Assembly (NCBI GenBank): GCA_965235115.1
Contig: OZ249436.1
Span: forward strand, 31,808,001-31,872,000
DNA from: Laetmonice hystrix
Taxonomy: Eukaryota
DNA: 64,000 nucleotides
Reading direction: 5' to 3'
Positions 13,201 through 26,700 of this stretch are shown here, in pieces. Each line of letters begins with the position of its first letter. The first letter of the stretch is position 1. The notes beneath the pieces were generated by a model. It searched no databases, was not told where the DNA came from, and saw only the letters and a list, made by a program, of their open reading frames with translations. The translations under genes were made by a program, and so were the position numbers.

Positions 13201-16200
13201 CCTTGTTCTGTGCCACACGGGTTTCTGTCAAGCAGGTGGAAGGAAGTCTGTGTTGTCAAATGGCACTGCTTGTATTTGACCTTGTTGTAGTGTTTTCTTC
13301 CTTTTCTCTAGGTGTGCTCGTTGATCTGTAGTCTAAGAATGCCTGCCTGTGCTCGGCTAACTTCTTACCTCGAGCCACTGCCACTCGCTTCACCAAAGAC
13401 ATAATCAGCGTCACAATGTAGAAACCACGCACAACAGCATGTGGCCCACATCAAATTGTATGGACACTGTTGGTCAAGAGGACGAACAATATCTTTAATT
13501 TAAGAATGGTCTCGAATTAAATAGTCACTTTTTCTGTACCTGATTAGAGACCGTCTAGGTTTTAGATAGATCAGAAGGAATTGGGATCTGACATACTCTG
13601 GAAACCAGTAGAATTTTAAGGTTAAACTTGTCCCAAACAAATTACAGGTGTAAGATGATATAATCTATGTGATGGAACCAGAACTAGACACAGTGTAGTA
13701 AATGTAGGTAAAGTGCTCACTAAATAAACCAATCTTTAACTATGATTGTAAACACCTAGTTAACATTTTAAACCCACGTAAAGTGTTATAAGCAAAGATA
13801 CCTGCCATCCAAGTTTCATGTACATGTAATTGTTGGTGAAGAGGTGTCCTTCCGCACTAGTGCATCTGTTTCACATGCTTCCTGTGTCAAACTGGTATCT
13901 TGTGTTTGTGTCCGTCTAGATAAAATCATTCTAATACTTGTGTAGCAGACTGATAACCAGAATATTGGCTAATTGCTGTATTTTAAGCATGTGAATGTAA
14001 CATTTTCTTAAATATTTAACACACCCGTTATTCTAAATAGAAAATACTTTACAGTACAGTAGACATTGGATGACCACTGGCTGATTAGTTTTGTTCTCAT
14101 CTTTTCCGGATTGCAAACTTAGATGAGGGAGTGATGGTGTGGCTGTAAGTATGGCTAGACAAGGCCTTGGCTCAGCTGGCAGTGAAACTGTACATATACA
14201 TTACACACATACCTGCATGTTATCTTGGACCCACATCGGTGGTGACAAACATTAAGGGCTCAAGGTGTGTGCTCCACCACATCTGCCTCAGTTTCAAGTC
14301 AGCCACTTGTCCCCCCTACCCTGCTATTGAGGACAAAATTACTGGCACTAGACCGAAAATGCGTTTACACAATGTATTATGGCACTTTTTAAAGTCTACC
14401 GGGTAATACCCGTGTCGCACATCATACGGGGCAAGTTACTTATTGGCTAAGGCTCTTTTATTTCATAAGGGTTGGTTGTTGGAGGGGAAAGGATATTCTC
14501 AGGTCAGTGCAAGACAGTGCCGGGGAAGTCCTTGTGCAATAAGACTGCAAACATTGACTAAGTCTACTTTGAAATTGCTGATTAAGGCGGCGTCTGGCAC
14601 CTTCACCGGTAAATTATCGACCAGTGCCAATGTTAATCCTTTGTGTATATAAACAGTCTATTAGCACTCTGGCCTTCTTATTCCTTTAGGATCAAGTAAG
14701 GTAAATTTTGAGCACTGCGAGTCAAAACTTGTCTGCCAAATTGCAGACGTGCCAAGTGTAGAAAATGTGCAACGCCTCGGATGTAATTTTTATCTGTCAC
14801 GTCACCTTTTCGTCAGCTGGCCATCTTTATCTTTCTAAACCATTATTATTAGAATATCTTCAGCCCCCGTATTTCTGATTTACGACGAAGTTTAAGCCTG
14901 GTTTACGTTTGGTGTTTAGACCAGTTTTTTCGCTTTCTGTCAGCTGGGGTCGGGCGGGGAGCTGAGATTCATGATCGCGTAGGGGGCAGATCCTGCACTT
15001 GTGTCCTCCTCTGCATGGCTTAGTGTTCCATCTAGCGGCAACATGTGTTGTGGTGTTGTGACGTGCTGTGGCGTTGGTGATGCGACGTGTTGCCGTGACG
15101 ACAGTAAGAGGTGGAGTCGAGCCCTGAGAATGTGCACCATCCATGTAGCCCTACTACAGCTCCTTCTTTTGGTTGCTATGGCAATTAGGCTTTGGGTTTT
15201 TGTCCTACGAGGACGACGAGAGCGTCGAGCGAGTTTGCCTACAACATTTTGTCCAGGTTGCGGGCAAAAAGGTTGAGTGGTTTTGCCTTCTAACACTTCG
15301 GGTTCTCTCTATGTCATGGCAAGACTGAACTAAAACAACACATGTCCCATGAGTATTTGTTTCCGTTTGTTTTCATACTTCTAGTAGTCTTGTTGAGAAG
15401 TTCTATAATATTAAGATTTGTTCAAACACTGCTATAAGTTAACCCGTTTTCCCCCAACTACACCCTGGTATTGTCTTCCTGTCGGTAATTGACTGTTCAC
15501 GGAGTTTCTAAGGAGAAAGGGTTGCTTTATGTCACCTTGCCCTGGCATAGCGAGAACTTTATACACCCACCTGTCCAAGAGAAGTTGGAAGTGAAACTAC
15601 CATGTGCTAATTACTTCACACTTCTCTTGATAGTGGGATGTGAAATCTCAACATAACAAGTTTGCTTTGGTCAAAAGAAAGTGTAGCTTGTCTCAAATTA
15701 TTTCCTGGTAGATATTCGTCAAAAGGTGCCTGAGCTTGTTACTACTACACAGGAATATTTAACGCAAAATTTGTTTGATTGCCTTCTGTTCAAAGTGTAT
15801 TCCCGAATTGGTCATTAGTGCCAAAAACTTTGATACAAGTTTTTTTTAACATCACTGTAATATGTTGAGTTACATTTCCCAATCATTAAATAATGTATTG
15901 ATAAGATAAAAAGGAAAAATTTGCAAAGTTGTATTCAAAGCATGACGTCATCGTTGACTGATTGGATGGGATTATACCGGTTTGAGGAAATCCTGTGTAG
16001 TTGTAACCAGCAAGTCCTTTTGGTTCGTTATGAGGAGGATAGGGTGTGATAACGTTGATGAAGTGCAACACTGAAGTGGCTTATAAGTAGCTCTGAATAG
16101 ATTAAAAAACAAACAAAAATGGACCAGTATGTACATGTATGGTAGCATTTAAGAATACCCCAGTCTATAATAATCTAGCCTTTGAACCATAGGCATTAAG

Positions 16201-19200
16201 CTCAGTATAATTAGATGGAATGCAAGTACAGTATTGATTAGAATCATCAGCAGTGTACTAATATTAGAGCTGAAGAACATGACAGACAGACAATTTGAGC
16301 ATACTAACATGACAAGAGAATTAGTAGATATTAGTACGTATAGTAATGTTTTTGAAAGAAAAGAACTTTAAGTGATATTTAAGTACACTGTGAAATACAT
16401 CATGTCACCTATAAATTGCCTAGAGACTGTATTGAGGTGTAGGGCTGTGTGATGTTTCGTAACAAGAGCGTCAATGGCAGGAACCCAAATATTGACCTTA
16501 GTGAACTGTACCGAGACACTGCTCAAACACAGAAATTAAGAAGGGCCTCCATTTGCCCATTCTGCACATCATTTTCTCAAACCGGCATTTGCCAACAGCT
16601 AATGGAGTTCATAGCGTGCAAGTTATAGCCTGTTCAAAGTATAGCCAGTTCAGATAAGAAAAAAATTCCATTTGAGGATTGTTGATCATTATTCAGTAAG
16701 TGTTAGCATATTAGCAGTATTTCTAGGCTCTCAATCAATCATATACGGAGTTCGCTTGCCCTTTTCTGACTCTCTTGTTGATGGAACATTGTATGTTTAT
16801 AGGAATATTCTGTGTGCATGGGTCTCTGGTTAAGAAAGACTTTAGCTGATAAATTCCAGAATTGGATAGACATTTCTTGACCTATTGATAAGAAAAATGT
16901 ATATCTTAAGACCAATTTGAATCACGTTTGCATGAACCCCTCCAGAATTTGTAAGCCTGATTTTTTTTTAAATAATAAATTTGGTGATGGAAAACAAAAA
17001 GGCCTATGGAAGCTGACTACAAACGTGAAGACAATATCAAGGGAGATAGGTCTATTGTTTAAACGTTTTTGACCCATGCAACAGAGTGCGCCTATATGTG
17101 TTACCCTATGTTGTTGTGTCGTGTAGGTTATGGTAGTATCGGCTGGTTGTAAAAAAACGCCCAATATTGCAGGTTGAATGCAAACGAGCTGAACCACGAG
17201 AGATAAAGGCCATGGAGCTGGGCCTGCCGACCGGGATGTTGGCTGGCGGGGCGCTCGGCATGCATGGGATGGCGCTCGGGGCAGGCATCATGTCCCACCC
17301 GTATCAGTCACTAGCAGCCCAACAGAGCCTCGCCGCACAAGGTAGGGCCACATACCTATAGCCAGTCAGGCTTGTTCAGGGCGGTAGGTTGTAGTCAATT
17401 CTTCATGAAATATTTAAAAAGGAAAGGTAATGTCACAGTGTACTACGTGATGGGAGTCCGTATGTCTTTTTGCAGCACCGTTTGTGATGATCTAGTTTAT
17501 TTTAAACTCGTTATTTCCTGTCCTGTTCAAAGTGTATCTTGAATACAATTTGCATTTGATCTTGTGTTAAGGACAAGGATCCTGGCTGTGACTTCTGTTA
17601 TTCGATAAATGGAGAAAGGAATCGTGTACCACTAATAAAATTGATGGAGTTGTCTTTCTGTTATTTTTTGAGTTTGTCAGGCTTCTTAGCATTTTTTTTA
17701 CTCTCTTTGGCTTAAATTTTATTTTGTCTGTTTTTTACAATGCTGGCTTTAAGTTTAACCCATGCATGCATATGTCCACGTATCTCTGATGTAGAAGAAG
17801 AGAATTTAGGTAAAAAGCACTTTTTTTTTGCCAGCCAGTAATTTTTTTTAGAAAAGAGGGAAAATAAAGACCTTAAGCTAGATTTAGATGTTTTAGTGGT
17901 TTCTTCTAGTTTTCTATAATAATTCAGAATTGCTGGCTGCAAATCGGTAATATTTTGGCAGACAAATGTTATATAATGGTGTATCAGGCATTGTAATGTG
18001 ACTTCTGTATGGTTAATTTAGTGCGAGTCGGGGATGCGTGGCGTGAGTATTGTGGGAGTGTCTTATTTTGTTGTCTGATTTGTTAACTTGCAGGCATAGC
18101 GCTGTTACCTGCAAGCCAACATCTAATACCACTAACCATACCAGGTATATGGTAACATCCACTTAATTCTATTCTTACTCCATTGCCGGTATTCGAGCCC
18201 TCGCTTATTGTGAGGACTGCACCGTACTCAATGTTGGGCTGGACAGTGATCAGTAAACCAGGCTGAACCCATCCTTGCATAAAAAGGCCTATCTTGCAGA
18301 GGTGTTGGGCCATTTAAACTAAAGGCACAGTTCTGGTCATTTGCTATGCTTTATAACATATTTTATTTAGCTCTTTTTATCTTATCCTTTTTATCTTCAA
18401 TTATTTGCAATCTTATTTATTTGCTGAGAATCATCCAGTATCCGGCAAAGATTTGGCTGTATGGTATACTTAAAAAGACGACTTGTTGGCACGACTGTTA
18501 AAGATTATTAATTGACAGAGATTTCATGTTATAGCCATGTAAGAATGGGGCCAGCTTAGAGGTTTAATTGTGTTAAGAAAGGTGATATTATTATATACAA
18601 ATATGTAGTGAAGTATGCCGAGTTAACCAAGTCGACATTTATTATGTGCATGACCATAGACAATCGGTAAGATTACTGTGGATATTAGAAAGAAAAATGG
18701 GGCTTCCGTACACAATAGTGAAGTGTTTATGTAACGTTCTATAATCTTGTACCAGTAATATTGCTTTGAGATTTGCCAGTATGGATGAAGCCTAAATGAC
18801 CAAATCCTGCTTAAAGAGTTGCCAAATCAAAGATTGAAAAGCAGTACCGATTAGTAGTGATTTGATGCAGTACTACCGAGAAGGTAGTTTTAATACCAGA
18901 TAGATATTTGAGTATGAGTATACACAACAACCCGGTAGTTCTGTCACAAGGCGTTTTCTTACCCGGAACGCTATGTCGGGGTAGAGTTGACTCTAGCGGT
19001 TAATTGTGGACTTTGCCCTCCTGCCGGTTTGTTTATGGGGGACACCACTAAAATAGAGCAGCTGATCCAGTATGGCAAGGTCATCTCATTGGCGCCACCT
19101 GGTGGATGCCATGTAAACACAGACAGATAACTTGGGTTTTCACTTCCTCAGACTTACAGCCTCTTTAAACTTGTTTATAGGAAATAATTTTTTCTAGGTT

Positions 19201-22200
19201 TTTAGAAACACTGAATTATTTTGGTTTAAATTGGCTTAGTACACCTTTAGTTTTACCAGGTGTCAGTCTGCATGAATACATATAAAGAGCACCCATATTT
19301 AAGTGCCAATGAATTATAGGTATATAATATAGGTAGGGGAATCGTCACAAATTGTATAGAATTGAAGTCTGGTGGGAAGACTGTTTCTTCATGGGATTAC
19401 CGGTACTCCTCTTCCTATCCCCTCCCCCCTCCCCCAACCCCACCCCACGTCCCTCACCCACCACCACATTAAAGTACCAAGTCACGTACACTAATGTTGA
19501 TATTGAGTGTTCCCATGATGAGTGCCAGTAACCTTCAGATTGTCCGAGCTGTTTGATGTAAGTCGTGTAGCTAAGTATACCATTGCAGGTATGTCGGGTG
19601 TTGGGAGTGCCGGTTTGTATGCCTCTACAGCTGGGGACAATGACGCAGCCAGTCCCTGGCAGACTTTAGCCATGTCTGGACCGCCAGCCTACCTCGCTCA
19701 TCCTGGGTCACAGCTTGGTGAGCACCCCATGCAAGTCCCAGACTATGGTGACTTGTAGCAACTTGAAGTATCTGCCAAACACTGTAATCGTAAAGAGGGT
19801 AAGGAGTATGGAAGCGGGCAGTGGAAAAGCTTGGATCGTCCTATGAATTGTACAGTTTGGTTATTGTTCATTGGTATTTTCAGGGAGGAAAGGGTGATAA
19901 GATACCGATGTGTAAATGTATAAGCAAAGATTCTAGTACAATCTTTGGTATAAGGCGTAAAGGGGTGTGGAGTAAGGTGGTTTCCTACTTATTTTGTTTA
20001 GACATAAGCGAAGTACCAGGTGTTAAAAAATATTTGTTGTTTGTCTATATCTGACATATAATGCCCACCAGCATTCGGGATATTACCGGTATATTGGGTT
20101 TGGGATATTATCTTTTTCCCAGCACAGTATTGAGAGTGTGCTGATTTTCAGGAGAATTTCCTTTTCTCCCTTCCCCTCTCCAACAGTGAAAGGTTATACT
20201 CGTCAGGAACAGTCCCACTCTATAGATCTTAAAGTGCAGTATGTGACGTATTGCTAGATGATAGGGGGGAGGGCAGCTCTCAAAACTAAAGGTGAAACTA
20301 ATCACATACCTTATAATCTCCCCTTAAAATATAAAAACTCCCCTGAAAATGTCTTTGCACTTCCTCACTTGTCATTGTTATGTTATGTCGTAACAGTAAA
20401 GCTTCATTGAAGAGCATTCATTCAAGTTTATAAAGCTCAGAACTGTGGACACTTTGCTTTTGTCAGAATGTTATGAGACAGGGAGCATTTTTCAATGAAC
20501 TTTAGAAAGCTGTTTGAATTTTGAAAGGGCTTTTGCTTACCGGTACTCATTTTGATAATGCCCTTTGAGAAAGCTGTATGACTTTTGAAGGGGGAGTTGT
20601 CTGCTCATTTTGATAAAGCCCATTGATAATGCCAACGCCGACTGGATCGAGTACAAGTTTATCTCAGTCGATGGTATATTATCTTTTCTAGGTCAGAGTG
20701 GCCTGAGTCTGGAATCGTACCCACCTGTCTCACAGCACGAGTCACAATCACCTCAGGTTACAGGTCAGTAATACCTACATCTTGTATTAACTGGTTATGT
20801 GATAGAAGCCACCAGGGACATGGTAACCAAGTGTCAAACAAGTTTATCGATAGGAGAGGCAGCAAGATTATTCAGAGTACCTCAATTATCAATGTTGAAA
20901 GAGTTTTGGTAAAGTGCCCAACATTTGGTGTTCTGTTCAATCTGTTTATTAACTGAAGCAAGAAATACTGGTACCTCGTATTTACTATATTATGAAGACA
21001 TGACAAGAACTCATGTAAGAAAAAAAATCTATTCCAAATAAATTTGTGAAAATTCAGCAGGTGATTCATGTCATCCCGCATCGATTGGAACTACTGAAAA
21101 AATAGTAGTTAAAATGTGATGTCGTTTTTTTACATCTTGACTATTAGGTTACATGTTTCCTGTGGAAAATGTGTTTTCCTGTGGCGTTTTCGAGGTGTTA
21201 TAATATATTAAAATTAGAAGTAGTTTAATACAATTGTTGAAAAGGTTCCATTGGTTGGTACTTTATCCGATATTTACATTTACCTGTACTTTGGAAGAGG
21301 TTATAAAGGGAGGCTGAGGACAGACCAAAGTAATTGATGCCCCAGCCCCCACTTTACAGCCACAGGCATGTTCAAACAGGAGTCGTCCAATGGTGAAGGA
21401 TGCAGCTATTTGATCGTCCTCATTTATCGCTGACAAACTTAAGACATTCCAGCTCAGCAATTTGTTGAGTACACTTGAAAGAACACTTAAGGGGCCGAAG
21501 GCCTTTTGTATATATGTTAATGTTTCCATTTCAATCATGTTTTCTTGGTTAACTTGGAAACGGTGAATTAACAAACCCAATGTGCACACAGGATCAGTTA
21601 TGTTTTAGGTTTAAAACGTCCGGTGAGATTACCTAATTTTGATTTAAAATTAAAAAAAAAGTGCAATTAGATTGCACAATGAGTGTGTCATTTTGGGTTG
21701 TGTTGTTTGCATGTTAGAAGGGTAAGGGTTTTGTTGTGTTGCAATACAGGCTATATATCAGCAAGTCCCCCAGCAAGCACAACGCCAGGACCTCAGAGCT
21801 CAGAAGAAACACAGATCCCGCAGAAGGCAGGACCCTATATGCTCTACACTAGTCAAACACCACAGTTAGGTAAGCAGTCGAGGCATCTCAGTGGAGCACA
21901 TTTTGTTTAGTGCAATTTACAGTGACTGTACCAAGGTCCACGTCAACCTTCAGGCCTGGCAATCTTTACACATACATTGTACCCCGTATATAATACAGTA
22001 GTGAGTACGTATTATTGTCACTTATTCAAATATGAGTGATGGTTAAAAACATCTGGGAACTGCATTGTAAATGATTTCCTGATGTGGGGGTTCTTGCAGC
22101 AGTCCGCCATTCAAGCTTTTATGTGATGCGCCGTTTACTAATGTAACTTGCTTTGCTTAACGTTTTACCTCATTGGCCGTAATCTCAGCAAATCTGGAAA

Positions 22201-23786
22201 GAACAGGGAAAATGCGCCTAACACTGAAATGCCTCCTTTGATAATACCACTAACAAACTTTCTTTCATTTCCCAGATTTGCTGAAAAACAAAATTGACCT
22301 GAGGATGGGTCTCAGCCATGACATTAAAGGTGTGGGCTCATGCAGTCATTTTTGGTGTGTGTCTGTTGACACTCATGTCAGGCTATAGTCATTGAGCAGT
22401 TAGCCCTCTTCTGAATGTCGGGCCGATTTCACAGGCCCACATGAAAAAGACTTCAATATGTATCCATCCTGCTAAAATATTCAGCTTTAATTCATTCAGC
22501 CTGGCATAGGTGTGCATAGCATCTAGGTACCCGGTGGATATACATATAGTCATGGCCAGCATGAATTTAATCCCTATAATGCGTAAGTTTATCCGCTCTA
22601 CTAAGTCTGGAACAAACTGTCACTTGCACAAACAACTAAGTCTGATAAGGCCTGGTTCTTCTAGCAATGAATACCACATTCCTCATTTGCTCAGTCATCA
22701 GTTCTTTTGACCTTTTATGCAATATTCATATGTAGGGTATTGCAGGTAATTCAGTGATCCCGTGATCTAATGGACAGATTTGGCTGTCTTGACAGAGATG
22801 GCATAGCGTAGGGGTTGGAGGTTGGGGTATAGGTAGTGTTGCCTGCATGAAAGGGAAGGGAGGGGGGGTTAAGCATCCTGCCTACTGATGTGGACCTAAG
22901 CTTCGACCACGACACAGAGACGGTGTCTTCAAGACCCCCCCCCCCCCCCTCCGTATTATGCCGTTTTAGACGCTAAGAGGCTAAGTGATTTGATGCAGTA
23001 CTCTGTGTTTGTGGAAGGTGACAGCATTTTCTGAAAATACTCCGTTAAGTTAAGATAGGGACGTTGAGGCCGGGAATAGCAGTGAGCCCGATTTGTCAGC
23101 AGTATGTAATGGTTATGTAATAGGTATCCTAGGCAGTTACCATCAGGAGGCGAGCAGCTATGGGCCCACACGTGGCTATGCCCAGGAAGGGGCGGTGCAC
23201 AGTACCATCCAGACACCGTACACAGCCAGTGTCACGTATGCCGCTGCTCCTGGTCTCGCTTTACAGCAAGGTGGGTCTCTATCCATGGCCAGGTCCACAT
23301 TCTCTCAGCTTGTCCTTCACCCTTCCTCACACCCTCCTTTTCTGGTTGTTGTTGTTGTTGTTTTGTTGACGTTGTTGTTTTTGCCTAGCATATTTCTTAA
23401 GGTATGTATGAGAAAACTTTAGGAGTGTGCTTGCAATAAAAGACTGCTGCTATTTGTGAATCATAGTTCTAAACGTGTAAGGCATCCCTACTACTCTTGA
23501 TATTTCAGAGTTTTACGTGCAAGAGACATGAAATGTAAGCTTTGGCTTTGAGGGAAGATGCTTGTAAAATTTTGAATTAGTAAGAGTATTGATGAGTGTG
23601 TAACACCTGTATGTTGCAGCGCCTTACATGAGCGCCTTGGGTAATGGTTACGGAGGACCAATCCCGCTTCCCTTTGCCTATGGCGGTCACGGCGACGCCA
23701 CGTCGGCGGCCGCCTACAATGCAGCCCTACAGGCTGCTGCCCGTAGTACCTCAGTAGCTCAGGGTTTCCATCCATATCGCAGATGA
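4193..23786 (+). CDS. DAZAP1: DAZ-associated protein 1 / Hrp48-like hnRNP, two RRMs plus low-complexity tail (multi-exon span; true start codon uncertain or upstream)
   Basis: Phase-consistent GT-AG exons: 4193-4233 (or 4290-4330), 8260-8426, 10395-10433, 10596-10706, 10969-11017, 15189-15271, 17173-17341, 18094-18144, 19589-19717/19747, 20692-20763, 21750-21869, 23133-23270, 23620-23786. They give KVFIGGLSW..RGFGFVKY..IDPK..KIFLGGLP..RGFGFLSY..VECKRAEPR and the C-terminus QGFHPYRR*, the DAZAP1 PY-NLS-type end. Confidence 0.93.
4290..4330 (+). CDS. DAZAP1: DAZAP1 RRM1 RNP2 exon, copy b (KVFVGGLCWETTN)
   Basis: ttggcag|G..AATG|gtatgt, 41 nt, same phases as copy a, 56-nt spacer. Confidence 0.85.
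8260..8426 (+). CDS. DAZAP1: DAZAP1 exon, RRM1 core with RNP1
   Basis: ESMLQYFSRYGEVIDCVVMK..SRGFGFVKYRDPSCV..LDGRQ, ag/gt boundaries. Confidence 0.95.
9737..9862. repeat. 43-bp tandem repeat, about 3 copies (intronic)
   Basis: aagattatcgtactgtgaatcaatga.gttcagaagtaataag repeated. Confidence 0.9.
10395..10433 (+). CDS. DAZAP1: DAZAP1 exon (IDPKACNPRCQNK)
   Basis: tttcag|..|gtaagt, phase 0-0, end of RRM1. Confidence 0.9.
10596..10706 (+). CDS. DAZAP1: DAZAP1 exon, RRM2 RNP2
   Basis: GTSKSQDQKNRNKIFLGGLPSNCTESQLMDVFGQFGK, ag/gt boundaries. Confidence 0.93.
10969..11017 (+). CDS. DAZAP1: DAZAP1 exon (VNDITIMWDQEKQKPR)
   Basis: caatag|..|gtgagt, 49 nt, phase 0 to 1. Confidence 0.92.
15189..15271 (+). 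CDS. DAZAP1: DAZAP1 exon, RRM2 RNP1
   Basis: GFGFLSYEDDESVERVCLQHFVQVAGKK, 83 nt, phase 1 to 0. Confidence 0.92.
17173..17341 (+). CDS. DAZAP1: DAZAP1 exon, end of RRM2 plus Gly/Ala/Met-rich region
   Basis: VECKRAEPREIK.., ttgcag|..|gtaggg. Confidence 0.92.
18094..18144 (+). CDS. DAZAP1: DAZAP1 probable cassette exon (GIALLPASQHLIPLTIP)
   Basis: ttgcag|..CCAG|gtatat, 51 nt, symmetric phase 1, open frame. Confidence 0.6.
19589..19747 (+). CDS. DAZAP1: DAZAP1 tail exon with two in-frame donors (after 19717 and 19747)
   Basis: GMSGVGSAGLYAST..; donors gtgagc and gtgact are both phase 1. Confidence 0.75.
20692..20763 (+). CDS. DAZAP1: DAZAP1 tail exon (GQSGLSLESYPPVSQHESQSPQVT)
   Basis: ttctag|..|gtcagt, 72 nt, symmetric phase 1. 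Confidence 0.7.
21750..21869 (+). CDS. DAZAP1: DAZAP1 tail exon (GYISASPPAST..)
   Basis: atacag|..|gtaagc, 120 nt, symmetric phase 1. Confidence 0.8.
   Translation, partial: AIYQQVPQQAQRQDLRAQKKHRSRRRQDPICSTLVKHHS
23133..23270 (+). CDS. DAZAP1: DAZAP1 tail exon (GSYHQEASSYGPTRGY..)
   Basis: cctag|..CAAG|gtgggt, 138 nt; in-frame alternative acceptor 9 nt upstream at 23124. Confidence 0.85.
23620..23786 (+). CDS. DAZAP1: DAZAP1 last coding exon ending QGFHPYRR*
   Basis: ttgcag|, open to TGA 23784-23786; C-terminal motif matches DAZAP1. Confidence 0.92.
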
Positions 23787-26700
23787 CTGACGGACATGTA
23801 CCTCGAAACACCTGTCATGGACGACCCAGCAAACTTTCAAGCCAATTCAGGTTATTGATGAGGCGTCTTGCCCAATTGGAGGATTTGCAGCCAGATGTCC
23901 CATTTGCAATTGGATGTTAAGATGTTGGAATTGTTGGGCACAGTCCAAGAACCTTCCTAGTTGATTTAAAAAAGGTCTTAACTGCATCCAGCTTTATATC
24001 CAGTGAAAATTAGTTACCTTTTAAAAAGAAGTATTTCATTTGTTACTATTTTGACATTCACGTTCCAAGTTGCACTGCAGTGAGTGTGAGGTGAGATTGC
24101 AATGGAAAATACGTTTATTGATAGAAGACAGGTTTGAAAATCTGTTATCTATTGGGGGGGGGGGGGACATGGTGAACAGCTTGGACTTGAGCATGTCTGA
24201 AGTTTCACAATACCGGTTTGATGTAATATCATAGTAATGGTGGCTTGAAAGTGGATATAATTACTTTAATAGTTTATATATAATTGTCACACTTAAATGA
24301 TCCCTTCCATGTTGGTGGTGCATGCCATTGTTGTATATTTCCAGTTGGTTGGTGGCCAAATGCACTGGTTATGAATTCCGTTAATTCATTTCAGGAACCA
24401 TTCATTTTCAGTTTGAGGGCCACTGTGAGTCTAGAGTCAGGGTTTTCTAAAAACTCACAGGTGGCCACATTGAGAAAAAGAGATTTTCTTATTCCTATCT
24501 CTTGACCAGTCCCAGGTGTGTTGATCTATTGTACTTATGATGTGAAAGGGAATGTGACGTGAAAATGTTGGAGGTTGTTTGGTCGGCTTTTAAGGTCAGC
24601 ACTGTAAACACAAAAGTGAGAGCAAAATTGAAGTTAGAGTTGTATCTAGTTGTATCTGCTTGTGTACCGTACCTTCCTAGTGCCGCAGTTTCTAACACTG
24701 GTGTCGGATCCAGGTAGTTTAAGATGTTCTAACTTCTATAACTTTTACAAGTTCCATTGAAGCCATTGAAGCTAGTACTGTTGGTGGTGACACTGGCATT
24801 TAGTTATCATTTCTAGACTTCCATGAAGGTGCATGTCCCAGAAAGAAAGCAATACCAAATGTGCCTTTAAAAAATGTGTCTTTGCCGAACGACGTGTATA
24901 TATTTTGAAAGTATTTGTATTTCTTCAGTATGACCTCATTACTGATATCGCCAGGGAAGCCTGCAGGCTGTTAATGTTAGTATTTAGTAGTGCGATGAGG
25001 CATGTTCCCATACAGTCAGATGCACGGATACGTCCGAAGGATACATGTTTCAATACATCTACAAGTCGCAATGACTGAGAACCAGTCGCGAGGCTTGCCA
25101 GGCCTATGTGATTGACGTCAACGATACAAGAAAACCGACCGTACATTCCGTGTATAGTTGCCCCGCCAGATGAGGGACCTTGTCACTGGTCCAGAATTGC
25201 TAACCTTTTATAAAGGAGTGTGAGGTCCTCGAGTGGAGGTTTTATGGGGTTTAGCTTTAAGGTGTGATTAAAAAAAAAGTCGCCAGGTTGAATTGAATGT
25301 TGCATTGTACGGAAGACAAGCAGAGTGAAGTTGTAGAATAACTTTGGAAGTGTTCAGTGGTCATGTGAAAAGGGCGTGGTTATAGCACTTTAATTGAATT
25401 TGGATAGTGAAGTGTGTTTAATATTATCAATGTTGGAAGTATACAGTAGCTTCCCGCAGCAGGGAGTACTGATGTACTGTACCGAGGATTCCAAGATGTA
25501 AACAGAAGTATGTGTGCTGATACTGCCAAAGTTCCAGAGACTGCGAAGAATATGAAAAAAGGACGCGTCCTTACAGAAGCATTCCCTGTGGCAACAACAT
25601 AGTGCAATATTGGGTTCTCTATATCTGTTATTATTATTATTATTACGGATTGCTAAATTCTGTTAGGTAATGTCTGAGCTGCTGTACCTTATCACACCTG
25701 TCAATGAACCATTCATTATAAACGTTTGGATATTTTGGCGACATTCACTGGCGTTTCTGAAGGAAAGGTCATTCAGATGACAGACGCCAAGGTATGCTGT
25801 CTCATTGTATTGTTCATGGAAAGGCCTGTCGAGAGATACTTTATTATTATAACAATGTTTATTTCGGGCAGTTAAATTAAATAACCTTTTACATTAGTTG
25901 AGGGTTTTCTTTAAATTCAGTGCCGCTAAAATCAGTAATTTCATTGTCAGTTGTTTCCTGGCAGAGAGCATGCCAACTTTGTTATTGCTTTTCTGTAAAT
26001 GAAGCTACATGTATATTTGCAGAAAGTTGATGAAAAGGGACGCTATTAGTAGGCATAAGATGAACCTATGTGATAAAAAGCGTAAAGGACTACTTAGTTT
26101 TCACGTGGCCCTTTAGCGTTACAGGCGTGGTTGTGGAGAAGGCACACTGGGCGATATTCAAGCACAGGGTGATAAAGTCATTCCAAATAGATTTGTAGCA
26201 GTTTGTGCCAGCAGCTCCACTGGTCACTGAATCGTGCCAAAATATTACAAGATAGCTTTTTTCTAGCAGGCAGACGCAATACAAGTTTGTTGTATAAATT
26301 CGACTAGTCCCGTTTGATTTTTTGACACATGTAATTATATGTTATCTTATATTTTCTGGTCTGTAATAGAAGTCATGAAAACATTACAGAGAACGTCCTG
26401 AGAACTAGTCATTCTTAACCACGTGGAAATACCAAAGAAATACGTTTATCAGCATTGTAGTAATTAGAATACGCGTTGGTTGCAGTAGTGGGCAGAGCAC
26501 CACACCGAGTCAGTGGCATTGATCCAGGATTGTTCCAAAAGGTAGTACAGGTGACTTGACAAGCTTACCATATTAGTATTTGTGTTGCTGTTATTTGTTG
26601 TGTGCCAAGACGACTACAGATGTGTTGTGTTATATATCTTGTATGCTTCATTGTATAACCTTTTCCAGATCATTATGTCAGTGAAAATCATTCATCGGTG

